From Parcubacteria group bacterium (GTDB lineage: Bacteria > Patescibacteriota > Minisyncoccia > JACPHC01), in contig JACPHC010000007.1 of assembly GCA_016188775.1 (NCBI GenBank), forward strand, positions 28,097 to 92,096: a stretch of DNA of 64,000 bases. The letters run 5' to 3'. Made by a program: the position numbers and the translations under genes. Under the pieces are notes generated by a model, which saw only the letters and a program-made list of their open reading frames with translations, ran no database searches and was not told where the DNA came from. This document shows, piece after piece, positions 32,570 to 44,578 of the stretch (the first letter of the stretch is position 1; every line of letters begins with the position of its first letter).

Positions 32570-33883
32570 CTTTTTGAATTTTTCTCCTCGGATTCTGGAA
32601 TTCAAAAACATATCCAAACTCGCTGAAGCGGGCGAAAAAAGAACAATTTCGTCCGTTTTGGCTTTATTTTGAGCTATAAAAACGGCTTTTTCCAAAGTGG
32701 CTGTTTTTTCTATATTAATATTTTTTTTGGTTCTTGAAGCCGCTTGGGCGATTAAGGAACCAGTTTGGCCAATAGTAATTAAAAATTTGACTTTTTGAGC
32801 TATTTTTTGGCCTAATTTTTTAAAATTGAGATTTTTACTGGCTCCGCCGGCAATTAATATAATCGGCTGTTGAAAAGAATTTAGGGCCGCGATAGTTGAA
32901 ACGGGTGTTGTTGAGGCCGAGTCGTTAAAAAATTTAACGCCGTTTATTTCCCTGACAAATTCAATCCGATGTTCAACGCCGGGGAAATTTTTTATAGTTT
33001 TTTTGATTATAGATTTTGGAATTTTTAGAATTTTCGCGGCTTTAATAACGGCTAAAATATTTTCAAGACTGTGATCGCCGCGAAGAGTTATCGGGATGTT
33101 TAAGCTTTTTAAAATTTTTCTCTCCTTTTTTAAATTAAAAAATATTCTTCGCGCTTTAATTTTTTTTGCGACTTCTAAGCTTTTAAAATTACTTTCGTTG
33201 ATAACGGCGAAATCTTTTTTTGTCTGATTTTGAAAAATTATTTTTTTGGCTTGAATATAATGTCGCAAATTCGGATACCGATCCAAATGGTCTTCGTAGA
33301 TATTGGTCAGGACCGCGATAAAAGGCTTGAAGTTTTTATTGTTTTTTAAAAGTTCGAGCTGGAAACTGGAAAGCTCCAGCAGGACATAAGTTCGCGAATC
33401 AATTTTTTTCAAATCAGAAAGAAGGGATTTTCCCAGATTGCCGCCCAAGATGAATTTTTTATTCGCTGTTTTTAGAAGGCGAGCGATGAGCGAGACAGTG
33501 GTAGTTTTGCCTTTGGCGCCGGTAACTGCGATGATTTTGTTTGTTTTCGGGCTAGTTAGATTTATAAAAATTCCAATTTCGCTCTGGATTTTGGTTCCAT
33601 GTTTTTGAGCGATTTTTAAATAAGGCGAGTTTAACGAAATAGCCGGACTGGCCACGACGATTTCATTTTCTCTGAAAATATTTTTCGGATGTTTGCCCAG
33701 ATAATATTTAATCGGAAGATTTTTTAATTTTTTCAAACTAGGCTCCAATTCCTTTTTTGTCCGCAAATCGGTTATTGTAATTTTAGCTCTTTGTTTTGCC
33801 AAAAATTTGGCGACTGCCATTCCGCCATTCTGAAGCCCCAACCCCATAATCAGTATTTTTTTGTTTTTAAATTCGTTTCGCAT
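32501..33883 (-). CDS. murD: UDP-N-acetylmuramoylalanine--D-glutamate ligase
   Basis: GLG..G, TGAKGKTT, ELSSFQL, DHLDR, HRIE, NDS, SPA.AS. Confidence 0.95.
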   Translation of the reverse strand: MRNEFKNKKILIMGLGLQNGGMAVAKFLAKQRAKITITDLRTKKELEPSLKKLKNLPIKYYLGKHPKNIFRENEIVVASPAISLNSPYLKIAQKHGTKIQSEIGIFINLTSPKTNKIIAVTGAKGKTTTVSLIARLLKTANKKFILGGNLGKSLLSDLKKIDSRTYVLLELSSFQLELLKNNKNFKPFIAVLTNIYEDHLDRYPNLRHYIQAKKIIFQNQTKKDFAVINESNFKSLEVAKKIKARRIFFNLKKERKILKSLNIPITLRGDHSLENILAVIKAAKILKIPKSIIKKTIKNFPGVEHRIEFVREINGVKFFNDSASTTPVSTIAALNSFQQPIILIAGGASKNLNFKKLGQKIAQKVKFLITIGQTGSLIAQAASRTKKNINIEKTATLEKAVFIAQNKAKTDEIVLFSPASASLDMFLNSRIRGEKFKKLVNKLSPTGRNRLAKARPNFTN

Positions 33884-33934
33884 AAGTTTTATCATAGCAT
33901 TGAAAATTTGATTTTTGAATGCTAAATTATTATT

Positions 33935-34097
33935 GACCTTTTGCGAAATAATTTTTCGTAATGAAATTTGAAGATTTTGAGCGAAAATTGTGAAGAGTGA
34001 GGAAGCCGTATTTGGTTAAAAATACGGATACGAGCTCTGAACAATTTGCAGCCAAAATATTAAAATTGAAATAGAAAAGATTATTTCGCAAGAGGTC
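33935..34097 (+). mobile_element. About 160-bp MITE with GACCTTTTGCG TIRs, copy 1
   Basis: TIR GACCTTTTGCGAAATAAT / ATTATTTCGCAAGAGGTC; internally similar to 38585-38743. Confidence 0.8.
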
Positions 34098-34104
34098 TAT
34101 ATTC

Positions 34105-34176
34105 GCCGGCGTAGCTCAGTGGCAGAGCGAGGCTTTCATAAGGCCGAGGTCAGAGGTTCGAATCCTCTCGCCGGCA
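34105..34176 (+). tRNA. tRNA with CAT anticodon (probably elongator Met; Ile2 not excluded)
   Basis: GCCGGCG..CGCCGGCA, loop TTCATAA, TTCGAAT. Confidence 0.9.
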
Positions 34177-34214
34177 CAAATTGCGTTTTTTGTTTATTTA
34201 ATTAAAATAATAAT

Positions 34215-35060
34215 ATGGAAGAAAACACAGAACATAAATACCATCATATAATGCCTCATCCGCCAAAGGTGATGATTTATTTCGTCAGTTTGTTTTTAAT
34301 AGTTATTTCGTTCAACTATTTTTTAGATTCTATTAAGATTTTAAAATCAATTAGAGCCGAGAAAAAAACTATCTCCGTCTCGGCCGAAGGCAAGCTTAGC
34401 GCGGTTCCGGATATCGCCTCTTTGACCTTATCGGTTATTATCGAAGATAAAGATCCAAAAAAAGTTGAATCGGAAAATTCTAAAAAAGCCAATGGAATTA
34501 TTGATTTTGTAAAATCGCTTGGAGTCAAAAGCGAAGACATAAAAACTTCCAATTATTCTTTAACGCCAAAGTATTATTATCCCTACGATTACCCGAGAAT
34601 TCCTTGTCCGCTTGAATCGGAAGTGATTTCGCCCAAGCCTTTTCTCTGTCCGCCGAAATTTTCTTTGATTATCGGCTATGAGTTGAATCAATCCATTAGT
34701 TTAAAAATCAGAGATTTTAAAATAATCGGCAGTGTTATTTCCGGTTCAATTGAAGCTGGCGCGAATCAAATTAGCGGCGTCAGTTTTTCCATTGAAGATC
34801 CGGATAAATTAAAAAATGAAGCCAAGAAATTAGCCATTGAATCGGCTAAAGAAAAAGCTAAAGAATTGGCTAAGTCCGCTGGCGTCAGATTGGGCCGAGT
34901 GGTTTCTTTTTCCGAAGGAGAAATTTTTTCCCCCCAACCCAGATTCTTAGAAGCCGGAACTGTCGGCGCGTTTAAATCCGAAAGCGCGGTTTTGCCCCAG
35001 ATTGAGCCGGGCTCGGAAGAAGTCAGAGCAACAATGAGCGTTATTTTTGAAATAAAATAA
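34215..35060 (+). CDS. SIMPL domain (DUF541) protein
   Basis: ISVSAEG...PDIA, GAN.I..V.F, AKEKA..LA..AGV.LG. Confidence 0.9.
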   Translation: MEENTEHKYHHIMPHPPKVMIYFVSLFLIVISFNYFLDSIKILKSIRAEKKTISVSAEGKLSAVPDIASLTLSVIIEDKDPKKVESENSKKANGIIDFVKSLGVKSEDIKTSNYSLTPKYYYPYDYPRIPCPLESEVISPKPFLCPPKFSLIIGYELNQSISLKIRDFKIIGSVISGSIEAGANQISGVSFSIEDPDKLKNEAKKLAIESAKEKAKELAKSAGVRLGRVVSFSEGEIFSPQPRFLEAGTVGAFKSESAVLPQIEPGSEEVRATMSVIFEIK

Positions 35061-35192
35061 ATTTTACCCCTTCTATGTTTTTTAAAAAAACGACTTCGTG
35101 AAAACGAAGTCGTTTTGACTTTTTAGATCAATTAATGTATTTTTAGATTAGATTTTTTGAAAATTAATATTTAACAGAAAAAAGGAGAAAAA

Positions 35193-36377
35193 ATGAAAAA
35201 ATTTCTGTTTATTCTTGTTTTAGCTGTTTTGATTTTTCCAATGGTTTCTTACGCTTATTATGATTTAGGCGTAAATTATTCGTTAAAAGAGAATTATCTT
35301 CAAGGAGAAAAATTAGGGGCCAGTTCAGCGTTGTCTGATTATCTGGTAATGTGGGAAAAAGGCCAGCCGGTTATTTATATTAGTTATTCAATTTCGGAAA
35401 ACTCCGAAGAGAGTAAAAATAATCTTTCGTTAATTAAAAATCGATTTGATTTTGGCGCTTCGATGACGCTTGCTGAAAACTTGAAATTCAAATTCGCCGG
35501 CTCCAATCTTTTAGAAGAAAACACGGATAAATTTTCCGCTTACGGAATGTATTTAATCTGGCGGCCGAACCAATTTTTGAAAAAGATGGAATTGGGAGCG
35601 GAAATGGATACGGAATTAAAAACGTTTTATTTCGCGGCCAGCCGTTTTAATTTTTTTCACAAAGATGACTTCGATTATAATTGGCTGCTTGGATTTTCCA
35701 GTGAAAATACTTCTGATTCTGTTTCACAAAGATTTGGTTTCGGAAGCAATATGGGTCTTGGGGGTTATTCCGCGGTTATTGCTTTGACTCAAAATTTAGA
35801 CGATGGCGGACAGACGAGACTTTATGGCCTTGCGAAAAATAACAGTTTCATCGCGGTTTTTCGCGATAAGCCTGAAAGCGATTACTGGCTAGGCATCCTG
35901 ACTTTAAAGGGGCAAGCGTTAAATCTTAGAGCTAATCAAGAAATTTTTGACGCGTTCTTTGCCGGTTCTTTGTCTGGCACAAGAGTCGTTGCTAATCGGA
36001 ATTTTGATAAAATAGGCCTTTCACCGGCCTATCAAATTCAGGATTATGGAAAATTAGTTTTGAGCGTCAGCGTGTCCAAAATTGATATTGACGGCGCCAA
36101 TCTTTTAAATGACGCTCAAGAAATTGATTGGACTTTGGGCGATGCTTGGAAGATAAAATCTTTTTATCTTTCCGGCGGCCGAGTGGGGGAGACTAATCTT
36201 TTTTATAATTCCTTAAAAATGGGACTGGCCGAAGATTATCAAACAAGTTTGAGTCTCGGTTTTGGCGGCAAGGTTTCAATGTTTGACGTTCCGACGCGCT
36301 TCAGTATTACCAATTTTTACAGCTTAAATCAGTCTAATTGGGCTGGAGTTTCAACCCAGCTGATTTTCTCTTTTTAG
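35193..36377 (+). CDS. Secreted beta-strand-rich hypothetical protein
   Basis: Signal peptide, alternating amphipathic strands, C-terminal Phe; AAGGAG SD. Confidence 0.6.
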   Translation: MKKFLFILVLAVLIFPMVSYAYYDLGVNYSLKENYLQGEKLGASSALSDYLVMWEKGQPVIYISYSISENSEESKNNLSLIKNRFDFGASMTLAENLKFKFAGSNLLEENTDKFSAYGMYLIWRPNQFLKKMELGAEMDTELKTFYFAASRFNFFHKDDFDYNWLLGFSSENTSDSVSQRFGFGSNMGLGGYSAVIALTQNLDDGGQTRLYGLAKNNSFIAVFRDKPESDYWLGILTLKGQALNLRANQEIFDAFFAGSLSGTRVVANRNFDKIGLSPAYQIQDYGKLVLSVSVSKIDIDGANLLNDAQEIDWTLGDAWKIKSFYLSGGRVGETNLFYNSLKMGLAEDYQTSLSLGFGGKVSMFDVPTRFSITNFYSLNQSNWAGVSTQLIFSF

Positions 36378-36521
36378 AAGCGTAAATTTAAAAGCAGACA
36401 GAAATGCCTGCTTTTGTTTTTTAATAAAGTCTATATTCTAAGATAACTTGGGCGCTCTCAAAAAAACCAGTAAAAATTTCAAACAACCCTCATTTATATT
36501 ATTTATTTTTTTAGTATTTTA

Positions 36522-36557
36522 TTTAGCACTTATAAGCGATAGCAAATAAGTGCTAAA
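36522..36557. repeat. 36-bp palindromic repeat, copy 3 (inverted)
   Basis: TTTAGCACTTATAAGCGATAGCAAATAAGTGCTAAA. Confidence 0.85.
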
Positions 36558-36701
36558 ATTAAAAGTAAATTTAAATAAGTTAAATAAGTTAAGTAAGTTA
36601 ATTAGTTTATCAAATCTAAATATAAAGTTTGCTTCGTATGAGATTTGCGTGTTCAAATAAAATTTGGTAGATTATTATGCCTTAATAATTTTTTAAATTT
36701 T

Positions 36702-36777
36702 GCAGCCGTGGTGTAGTCTGGTCTAACATGCCTCCCTGTCACGGAGGAGATCGCCGGTTCAAATCCGGTCGGCTGCG
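36702..36777 (+). tRNA. tRNA-Asp(GTC)
   Basis: GCAGCCG..CGGCTGCG, loop CTGTCAC, TTCAAAT. Confidence 0.95.
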
Positions 36778-36784
36778 CAAAATT

Positions 36785-36947
36785 TAACGCGAACCGTAAA
36801 ACGATATCGCCGGTTTGGCCCGGGAAAGGGGTCGGGAAAACGAGAGTTTTCCCGTGGCGGAAGCAGCGAACGAAGTGAGCGTTGAAACCGCAAGGTTTCA
36901 ACGCGCAGCGAAGCGAGCAGTGAAAATCCGGTCGGCTGCGCAAAATT
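36785..36947 (+). repeat. Structured insert ending in a duplicate of the tRNA-Asp 3' end
   Basis: AAATCCGGTCGGCTGCGCAAAATT at 36761-36784 and 36924-36947; internal GC hairpins. Confidence 0.85.
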
Positions 36948-37024
36948 AAAAATGCCCGAAAGGGTATTTTTTTGATGGATTTTAAGTTTGCTTTTTATTA
37001 TTTTTTTGCTAAAATAAAGATATG

Positions 37025-37163
37025 CCCAGTAGAAGAATTTCGATAGATTTCTTTTTTTATCATCAGATTATTACTTTTTATCTGGGTATATAATTTATTA
37101 TTAACAATTTCGACTTTCTATCCCAAGAAATCTTAATGATAGAATCGAAATTTCTCTACTGGG
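37025..37163. mobile_element. CCCAGTAG..CTACTGGG TIR miniature element on a start codon
   Basis: About 20-bp TIR; TATG duplicated at 37021 and 37164. Confidence 0.85.
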
Positions 37164-37164
37164 T

Positions 37165-37560
37165 ATGTCAGGTCGACGTTATTTCTGGTTTTTTAGCGTT
37201 ATTCTTATTTTATCCGGGATTAGTTTAGCGGGAATTTTTTATATAACCAATCCCAGGGAAGCGGGACTGATTTTGAAATTATTGATTTACGCGAATATTT
37301 TTTTCTTATTTTTCTCTTTTTTTTCGGTTCTATTTCTTAAATTAAGAAGATTTTTTAAACCCGACGGATTGATTTTTGAAGAGGTCAGCGTTTCTTTAAG
37401 GCAAGCCGGCCTTTTAGCTTTATTTTTGGCCATTCTCGCGTTTTTTTCTTCCCGAAAATTATTAAAATTTTATTTCATAATTCCTTTAGGTTCTATTTTT
37501 TTAATTCCGGAAATATATTTTTACTATAAAATAGTTAAAAGGAAAATATTTGGCGATTAA
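37165..37560 (+). CDS. Four-TM hypothetical membrane protein
   Basis: TM helices; SLRQA motif. Confidence 0.6.
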   Translation: MSGRRYFWFFSVILILSGISLAGIFYITNPREAGLILKLLIYANIFFLFFSFFSVLFLKLRRFFKPDGLIFEEVSVSLRQAGLLALFLAILAFFSSRKLLKFYFIIPLGSIFLIPEIYFYYKIVKRKIFGD

Positions 37561-37561
37561 A

Positions 37562-38557
37562 ATGGAAAAAGTTAATCTCAAAAATTTAAAGTTAAAAGCC
37601 GAAGAAGAGATTAAAAAAATATCATCGCTCAAAGAGCTCGATGATTTATATCGTTTTTATCTCGGCCGGAAAGGCGAATTAAATAAAATTTTTGACTCGC
37701 TGAAAATTTTGCCGTTGATTCAAAGAAAAAAAATAGCGGCTGACGCCAACGATTTTAAAAATAATTTAAATAAACTTTTTAAGGAGTATAAAGATCTGAT
37801 AAAAAAGGAAGTGGAAAAAACCGTTTTTAAAATGGAGCGGATCGATGTTTCCAGGCCCGGCCGGGAAGTTAAGATTGGCCATTGGCATCCGATTATCAAA
37901 ATACAGCGCGAGATTGAAGGCATATTTGAAAGTTTGGGCTTTGAAGTTGTTTTCGGTCCGGAAATTGAAACCGAATACTATAATTTTACGGCTCTAAACG
38001 TCGGGCCGGATCATCCGGCGCGCGATATGCAATCAAGTTTTTGGATTGACGAGAAAAAGGGATTGCTTTTAAGGACTCAAACTTCGCCGCTCCAGATTCG
38101 CTATATGGAAAAAAATTTTCCTCCCTTTCGAATGATCGCGCCCGGCCGGGTTTTTCGCTATGAAGCCACGGACGCCACTCACGATATTCAGTTTTATCAA
38201 GCGGAAGGCCTGATGATTGATAAAGATATTTCCGTGGCGAATTTTAAATCCGTGATTCATGATTTTTTCCGCCGGCTTTTTCATCCGAAAATAGAAATTC
38301 GGCTGGTTCCCAGTTATTTTCCTTTTGTCGAACCCGGTTTTGAGATTTATATTCGAGATAAAAACGGCAAATGGCTGGAGGTGATGGGCGCGGGAATGGT
38401 TCACTCGGATGTTTTAAAAAGAGTCGGCATCAATTCTGGGGAGTGGCAAGGTTTCGCTTTTGGCTTGGGGCCGGACAGGCTGGCGATGATTAAATACGGC
38501 ATCAATGATATTCGGCTATTTCATTCAAGCGATTTGAGATTTCTTCATCAATTCTAA
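37562..38557 (+). CDS. pheS: Phenylalanyl-tRNA synthetase alpha subunit
   Basis: HPARDMQ, LRTQTS, YFPFVEP, GFAFG. Confidence 0.97.
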   Translation: MEKVNLKNLKLKAEEEIKKISSLKELDDLYRFYLGRKGELNKIFDSLKILPLIQRKKIAADANDFKNNLNKLFKEYKDLIKKEVEKTVFKMERIDVSRPGREVKIGHWHPIIKIQREIEGIFESLGFEVVFGPEIETEYYNFTALNVGPDHPARDMQSSFWIDEKKGLLLRTQTSPLQIRYMEKNFPPFRMIAPGRVFRYEATDATHDIQFYQAEGLMIDKDISVANFKSVIHDFFRRLFHPKIEIRLVPSYFPFVEPGFEIYIRDKNGKWLEVMGAGMVHSDVLKRVGINSGEWQGFAFGLGPDRLAMIKYGINDIRLFHSSDLRFLHQF

Positions 38558-38584
38558 CAAGGCGGTTTTAAATCGAGATCTGTA

Positions 38585-38743
38585 GATCCCTTACACGATA
38601 ATCTTTTCTACTACAATTATGCCTTTTCGGCTGCAAACAATTCATCGCTCGTCAATGAATATTCTGTATTCATCTCCTCGCGCTTCATTGTTTTCGCTCG
38701 AAAAAGAAGAATTTCGTGACGAAAAATTATTACGCAAAAGGTC
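38585..38743 (-). mobile_element. About 160-bp MITE with GACCTTTTGCG TIRs, copy 2
   Basis: Reverse complement aligns with 33935-34097. Confidence 0.75.
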
Positions 38744-38745
38744 TT

Positions 38746-40842
38746 ATGAAGTTTTCATTTAATTGGTTAAAAGATTTTGTTGATATCAAAATAAGGCCGG
38801 AAAAACTGGCCGAGTTTTTGAATTTGCGTTTGGCCGAAACTTTGGCGGAAAAACACGGAAAAGATTATATTTTTGACATTTCTATTTTGCCCAACAGAGC
38901 CCATGACGCGCTTTCGCATATTGGCATGGCCAGAGAAATCAGCGCTATCATCAATTCCCAATTTCAAATTCCCAATTCTAAATTCCAGGAAGATAAAAAA
39001 TTAAAAACAAAAGATTATTTGGATTTAAAAATTGAAAACGCGAAATTTTGTCCTCGTTATATCGGTCGGGTTATTGACAACGTTAAAGTCGGTCCGTCGC
39101 CAAAATGGCTTAAAGGAAGAATTGAAGCGGTCGGCTTAAGATCTATTAATAACATTGTTGACGCGACTAATTATGTGATGCTTGAAACCGGCCAACCTCT
39201 TCATGTTTTTGATTTTGATAAACTTGAAAAGAATAAAGGACGAGTCGTGATTTTCGTTCGTAATGCCAAAAAAGGAGAAAAAATAACAACTCTTGACAAA
39301 GAAAAGTATGAATTGGACGAAAGTGTTTTAATGATTGCCGACGCCCAAGAACCGATCGCCATTGCCGGCATCAAAGGCGGGAAAAAAGCCGAGATAGACG
39401 TCAAGACTCGCAGAGTGGTTTTGGAGGCGGCAAATTTTGATCCGGTTTCCATTCGAAGATCGTCAAAGAAATTAAATCTTGGCACTGACGCCTCTTTGCG
39501 TTTTGGGCAGGGGATTTCTCCGGAATTGGTTAAAATAGCCGAGGAGCGGGCTTCGGCCTTGATTCAAGAGATTGGCGGCGGGAAGATATTTAAGGGCGTT
39601 AAAGATTTTTATCCCAAAAAACAAGCGAAAGTTTTCGTCGGCTTGGAGTTGGATTGGCTGGAAAAATTTTTGGGAGTTAAAATTCCGGAGAGCGACGTAA
39701 AGAAAATTTTAAAATCGCTGGGCTTTAAATTAAAGCCTTTGAATAAAAATAAAATTTTGGTTGAAGCGCCGTTTTGGAGAGTTTTTGACACTAAAGAGCC
39801 GCCGGATTTGGCCGAAGAAATCGGTCGCGTTTGGGGTTATGAAAAAATTCCGGAAACACCGGCCCGAGCCGCTTTAACTTTGCCTAAAACTAACGAATTT
39901 AGAGATTTAGAAAATAGGATTGAAAAAAATCTTTTAGGAATGGGTTTTAGCCAGGTCTTGACTTATTCATTTCATGTTTTTTCAGCGGATAAATTAAGAG
40001 AGTTGGGAGAAAATCTTGCCGATCATTTAGCGGTTCAAAATCCGACCAGTCCGGAGAGAACTTGGCTTCGCGATAGTCTTATTTTAAATATAGTCGAGGC
40101 GGCTTCCCGGAATTTAAAAAATTTCGATGAAGTTCGTCTTTTTGAAATTGGGAAAATTTATAAATCCAACGGCGAAAAAACCATGCTGACCGGCATTTTA
40201 GCTTCTAAAAAAACATCAATCCAAAACAATGAATTTTTTGAGCTCAAAGGCGTTGCTAGCGGCTTGATGGAAAGTTTGGGAGCGGAAGATGTTTGGTATG
40301 ACGACTCAAGTCCGACGCCCTATGATTCTAATGCCTCGCTTTGGCATCCTTATCGAATGGCTGAAATCAAGATTGGGCCGGCCGATAAAAAATCCGAAAA
40401 AATTCGCGAGCATAAGGAAGAGGTCGGATTTTTGGGCGAGATTAATCCTCGGATTCTGGAAAAATTAGACATCAAAGAACGCGTGGCTGTTTTTGACATT
40501 GATCTGGAAAAGCTGGGAAAATTGATCCAAAAAGAATTTTATTTTGAGCCGTTTTCCAAATACCCGGCCGTGCGGCGCGATTTGTCAGTTTTGACGCCGA
40601 ACAATACCCGATTGGAAGACGTCCTTTATATTATTGAGACGGCTGGCGGCAGTCTTTTATTCGATCTTGATGTTTTTGATATTTATGAAGGCCCGGAACT
40701 GCCGGAAGGCAAAATCAATTTCGCTTTTCGTTTAGTTTTCCAATCTTTTGAAAAAACACTGACCGCCGATGAAATTGATGAGAAGATGAAAATAATTATC
40801 AAGGCTCTAGAAAAAAATCCCGAATGGGAAGTGAGAAAGTAA
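38746..40842 (+). CDS. pheT: Phenylalanyl-tRNA synthetase beta subunit
   Basis: MKFS.NWL, PNR.D.LS..G.ARE, DLAEE, RRDLS FDX-ACB. Confidence 0.96.
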   Translation: MKFSFNWLKDFVDIKIRPEKLAEFLNLRLAETLAEKHGKDYIFDISILPNRAHDALSHIGMAREISAIINSQFQIPNSKFQEDKKLKTKDYLDLKIENAKFCPRYIGRVIDNVKVGPSPKWLKGRIEAVGLRSINNIVDATNYVMLETGQPLHVFDFDKLEKNKGRVVIFVRNAKKGEKITTLDKEKYELDESVLMIADAQEPIAIAGIKGGKKAEIDVKTRRVVLEAANFDPVSIRRSSKKLNLGTDASLRFGQGISPELVKIAEERASALIQEIGGGKIFKGVKDFYPKKQAKVFVGLELDWLEKFLGVKIPESDVKKILKSLGFKLKPLNKNKILVEAPFWRVFDTKEPPDLAEEIGRVWGYEKIPETPARAALTLPKTNEFRDLENRIEKNLLGMGFSQVLTYSFHVFSADKLRELGENLADHLAVQNPTSPERTWLRDSLILNIVEAASRNLKNFDEVRLFEIGKIYKSNGEKTMLTGILASKKTSIQNNEFFELKGVASGLMESLGAEDVWYDDSSPTPYDSNASLWHPYRMAEIKIGPADKKSEKIREHKEEVGFLGEINPRILEKLDIKERVAVFDIDLEKLGKLIQKEFYFEPFSKYPAVRRDLSVLTPNNTRLEDVLYIIETAGGSLLFDLDVFDIYEGPELPEGKINFAFRLVFQSFEKTLTADEIDEKMKIIIKALEKNPEWEVRK

Positions 40843-42795
<1,953 letters not shown>

Positions 42796-42854
42796 AAAAA
42801 TATTTTAACGCAAATAAAAACCGCGTCTTTAAATTTAGACGCGGTCTTTTTTGT

Positions 42855-42922
42855 TTTATTATGTGTTCGTCTAGCATTATCACAATGCCGCGTCATCCTG
42901 CGGGTGACGCGGATGCTTTATT
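42855..42922 (-). mobile_element. Internally deleted AATAAA-core miniature element
   Basis: Both ends present (TTTATT-ATGT.. and ..GGATGC-TTTATT); sits at the stop codon of the M23 gene. Confidence 0.75.
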
Positions 42923-44483
42923 TAAACATTTCTATCAATTTGACAGGGTCAGTAAGGGCCGTATTGATTCTGACTGCCAGATGTAAATGAGGAGCGTTGG
43001 AATTGCCGGTTGAGCCAACTTTACCGACGATGTCTCCTTTTTTGACAAAATCGCCGATTTTTACCGAAAATTCGGATTGATGGAGATAAAAAGAAAATAT
43101 TCCGGCGCCGTGATCAATTACCGTGATATTGCCTTCAAGAAAATAATCATAGCCGAGATGGACTATGTGTCCGGCGGCAATGGCTTTAATCGGATAACCC
43201 GCCGGAGCCCGAAAGTCAGTTCCGTGATGAAGTCGAGATTTTTTATTTTTTGGATTGACTCTTTGCTGGCCGAATGGGCTTGTAATTTGACCGATATCCG
43301 CTTGTTTTTCAACCGGCCAATCAAATCCGTCGAGCCAATAATTTTCAGGGCTTTGATTTTGATAAGCTAATATTAATTCTCTATGCTCTTTTTCAATTCT
43401 CGCGTTTTCTTCGTCTGTCCAGTTCCTTCGATTCCATTGCTGACTGACGCTTTTTTTGAATTTACCCTTTTTGACGTTGATGATTTTTTCTTCAATGGGC
43501 CCGTCATTGCCTTTCTGATAAATCGCGAGCGGATAATCGCCCGGCGCCAAATAAAGATCAATGCCAACAAGGGCGTATGTTTTACTGTCTTTTTTAAAAA
43601 AGACAAGATTATATTTTTTCTCTTGAACCGTCAGAAATCCCTCCAGATCGTTCGGATCAACCTCGCTTTTTAAAGGAATTATTACAGGATCGCCTTGGAA
43701 AGCCGAACCGGAGTGGATATTGTTTGAATTCGCGGAAACATCAATGACTATCCTCTGTTTTTCTTTTAGCCAAAGTATATTTTCATTTTCGGAACATTTC
43801 GGATTAATAAATTCGCAAAGTTTTTTCGCGTCTTCTTTAAATAAGCGAATACAGCCGTGCGAGGCCGGATAGCCGGGAAGGTCGCCGCTATGAAGCCAGT
43901 AAGCGATGCCTTGCTCGTCAATGAAAAACATTGATGCGTAGGGCATCGGAATCGCGTTTTCCTCCGCGTCTTTGTAGACAGAGGAAAAATGGTCGCGATG
44001 AAAAGCCAGTGTTTCAAATAAACCAGTCGGAGTTTCACAGTTTTTTATTTTTTTAGTTTTTTCGTCTTGGCAACTTAATCGTCCTGAACTGATGGGAGCG
44101 GAAAAAATTAGTTTTCCTTTTTCGTAAGCTCCCAGCCATTGCTCTTCCAAATTGACTAAAATGGATTTTTCCAATTTTTTTCTTTCTTCAATCCTTTCCT
44201 TAATAAAAGGCGGCATTGGCTCGTAATTTTTAGCCTCCTCTATGTTTTTGGGCGCTTTAATTCTGTCCCCGGAGATTAAATGATTTTTGTCCATCCTGTT
44301 GAAGCGCGCCACCCAAGGCCATTCATTTTTAAATAACTTATAAAATGAATCCCCGGGCCCAACTCGATAATAGCTCCAAGCAATATTATTTTGCGAAGGA
44401 TAAATTGGCAATTCTCGAGCTGAAACTGCGTTTCCATTTAGCCACAAACCGATTAAAAATCCAACGGCGATTTTAAAAAACAT
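42918..44483 (-). CDS. Secreted LysM-like + L,D-transpeptidase (YkuD) + M23 peptidase fusion
   Basis: LH.G.LPGYPASHGCIRL; HHGTDF and PHLH. Confidence 0.85.
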   Translation of the reverse strand: MFFKIAVGFLIGLWLNGNAVSARELPIYPSQNNIAWSYYRVGPGDSFYKLFKNEWPWVARFNRMDKNHLISGDRIKAPKNIEEAKNYEPMPPFIKERIEERKKLEKSILVNLEEQWLGAYEKGKLIFSAPISSGRLSCQDEKTKKIKNCETPTGLFETLAFHRDHFSSVYKDAEENAIPMPYASMFFIDEQGIAYWLHSGDLPGYPASHGCIRLFKEDAKKLCEFINPKCSENENILWLKEKQRIVIDVSANSNNIHSGSAFQGDPVIIPLKSEVDPNDLEGFLTVQEKKYNLVFFKKDSKTYALVGIDLYLAPGDYPLAIYQKGNDGPIEEKIINVKKGKFKKSVSQQWNRRNWTDEENARIEKEHRELILAYQNQSPENYWLDGFDWPVEKQADIGQITSPFGQQRVNPKNKKSRLHHGTDFRAPAGYPIKAIAAGHIVHLGYDYFLEGNITVIDHGAGIFSFYLHQSEFSVKIGDFVKKGDIVGKVGSTGNSNAPHLHLAVRINTALTDPVKLIEMFK

Positions 44484-44578
44484 TTTTAAGCCCTCCTTGT
44501 AAAGAACTGTAAATAAGATTATTATATGATTAGTTTTTTCGCAAGCCTACTTATTGGTTCTTTAAAAAGGAGATAAAA

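Noticed and set aside
36573-36608. AAATAAGTT tandem repeats
   Set aside because: Short AT-rich low-complexity tract with no supportable function.
36653-36943. 96-aa minus-strand ORF
   Set aside because: Antisense to tRNA-Asp and its insert.
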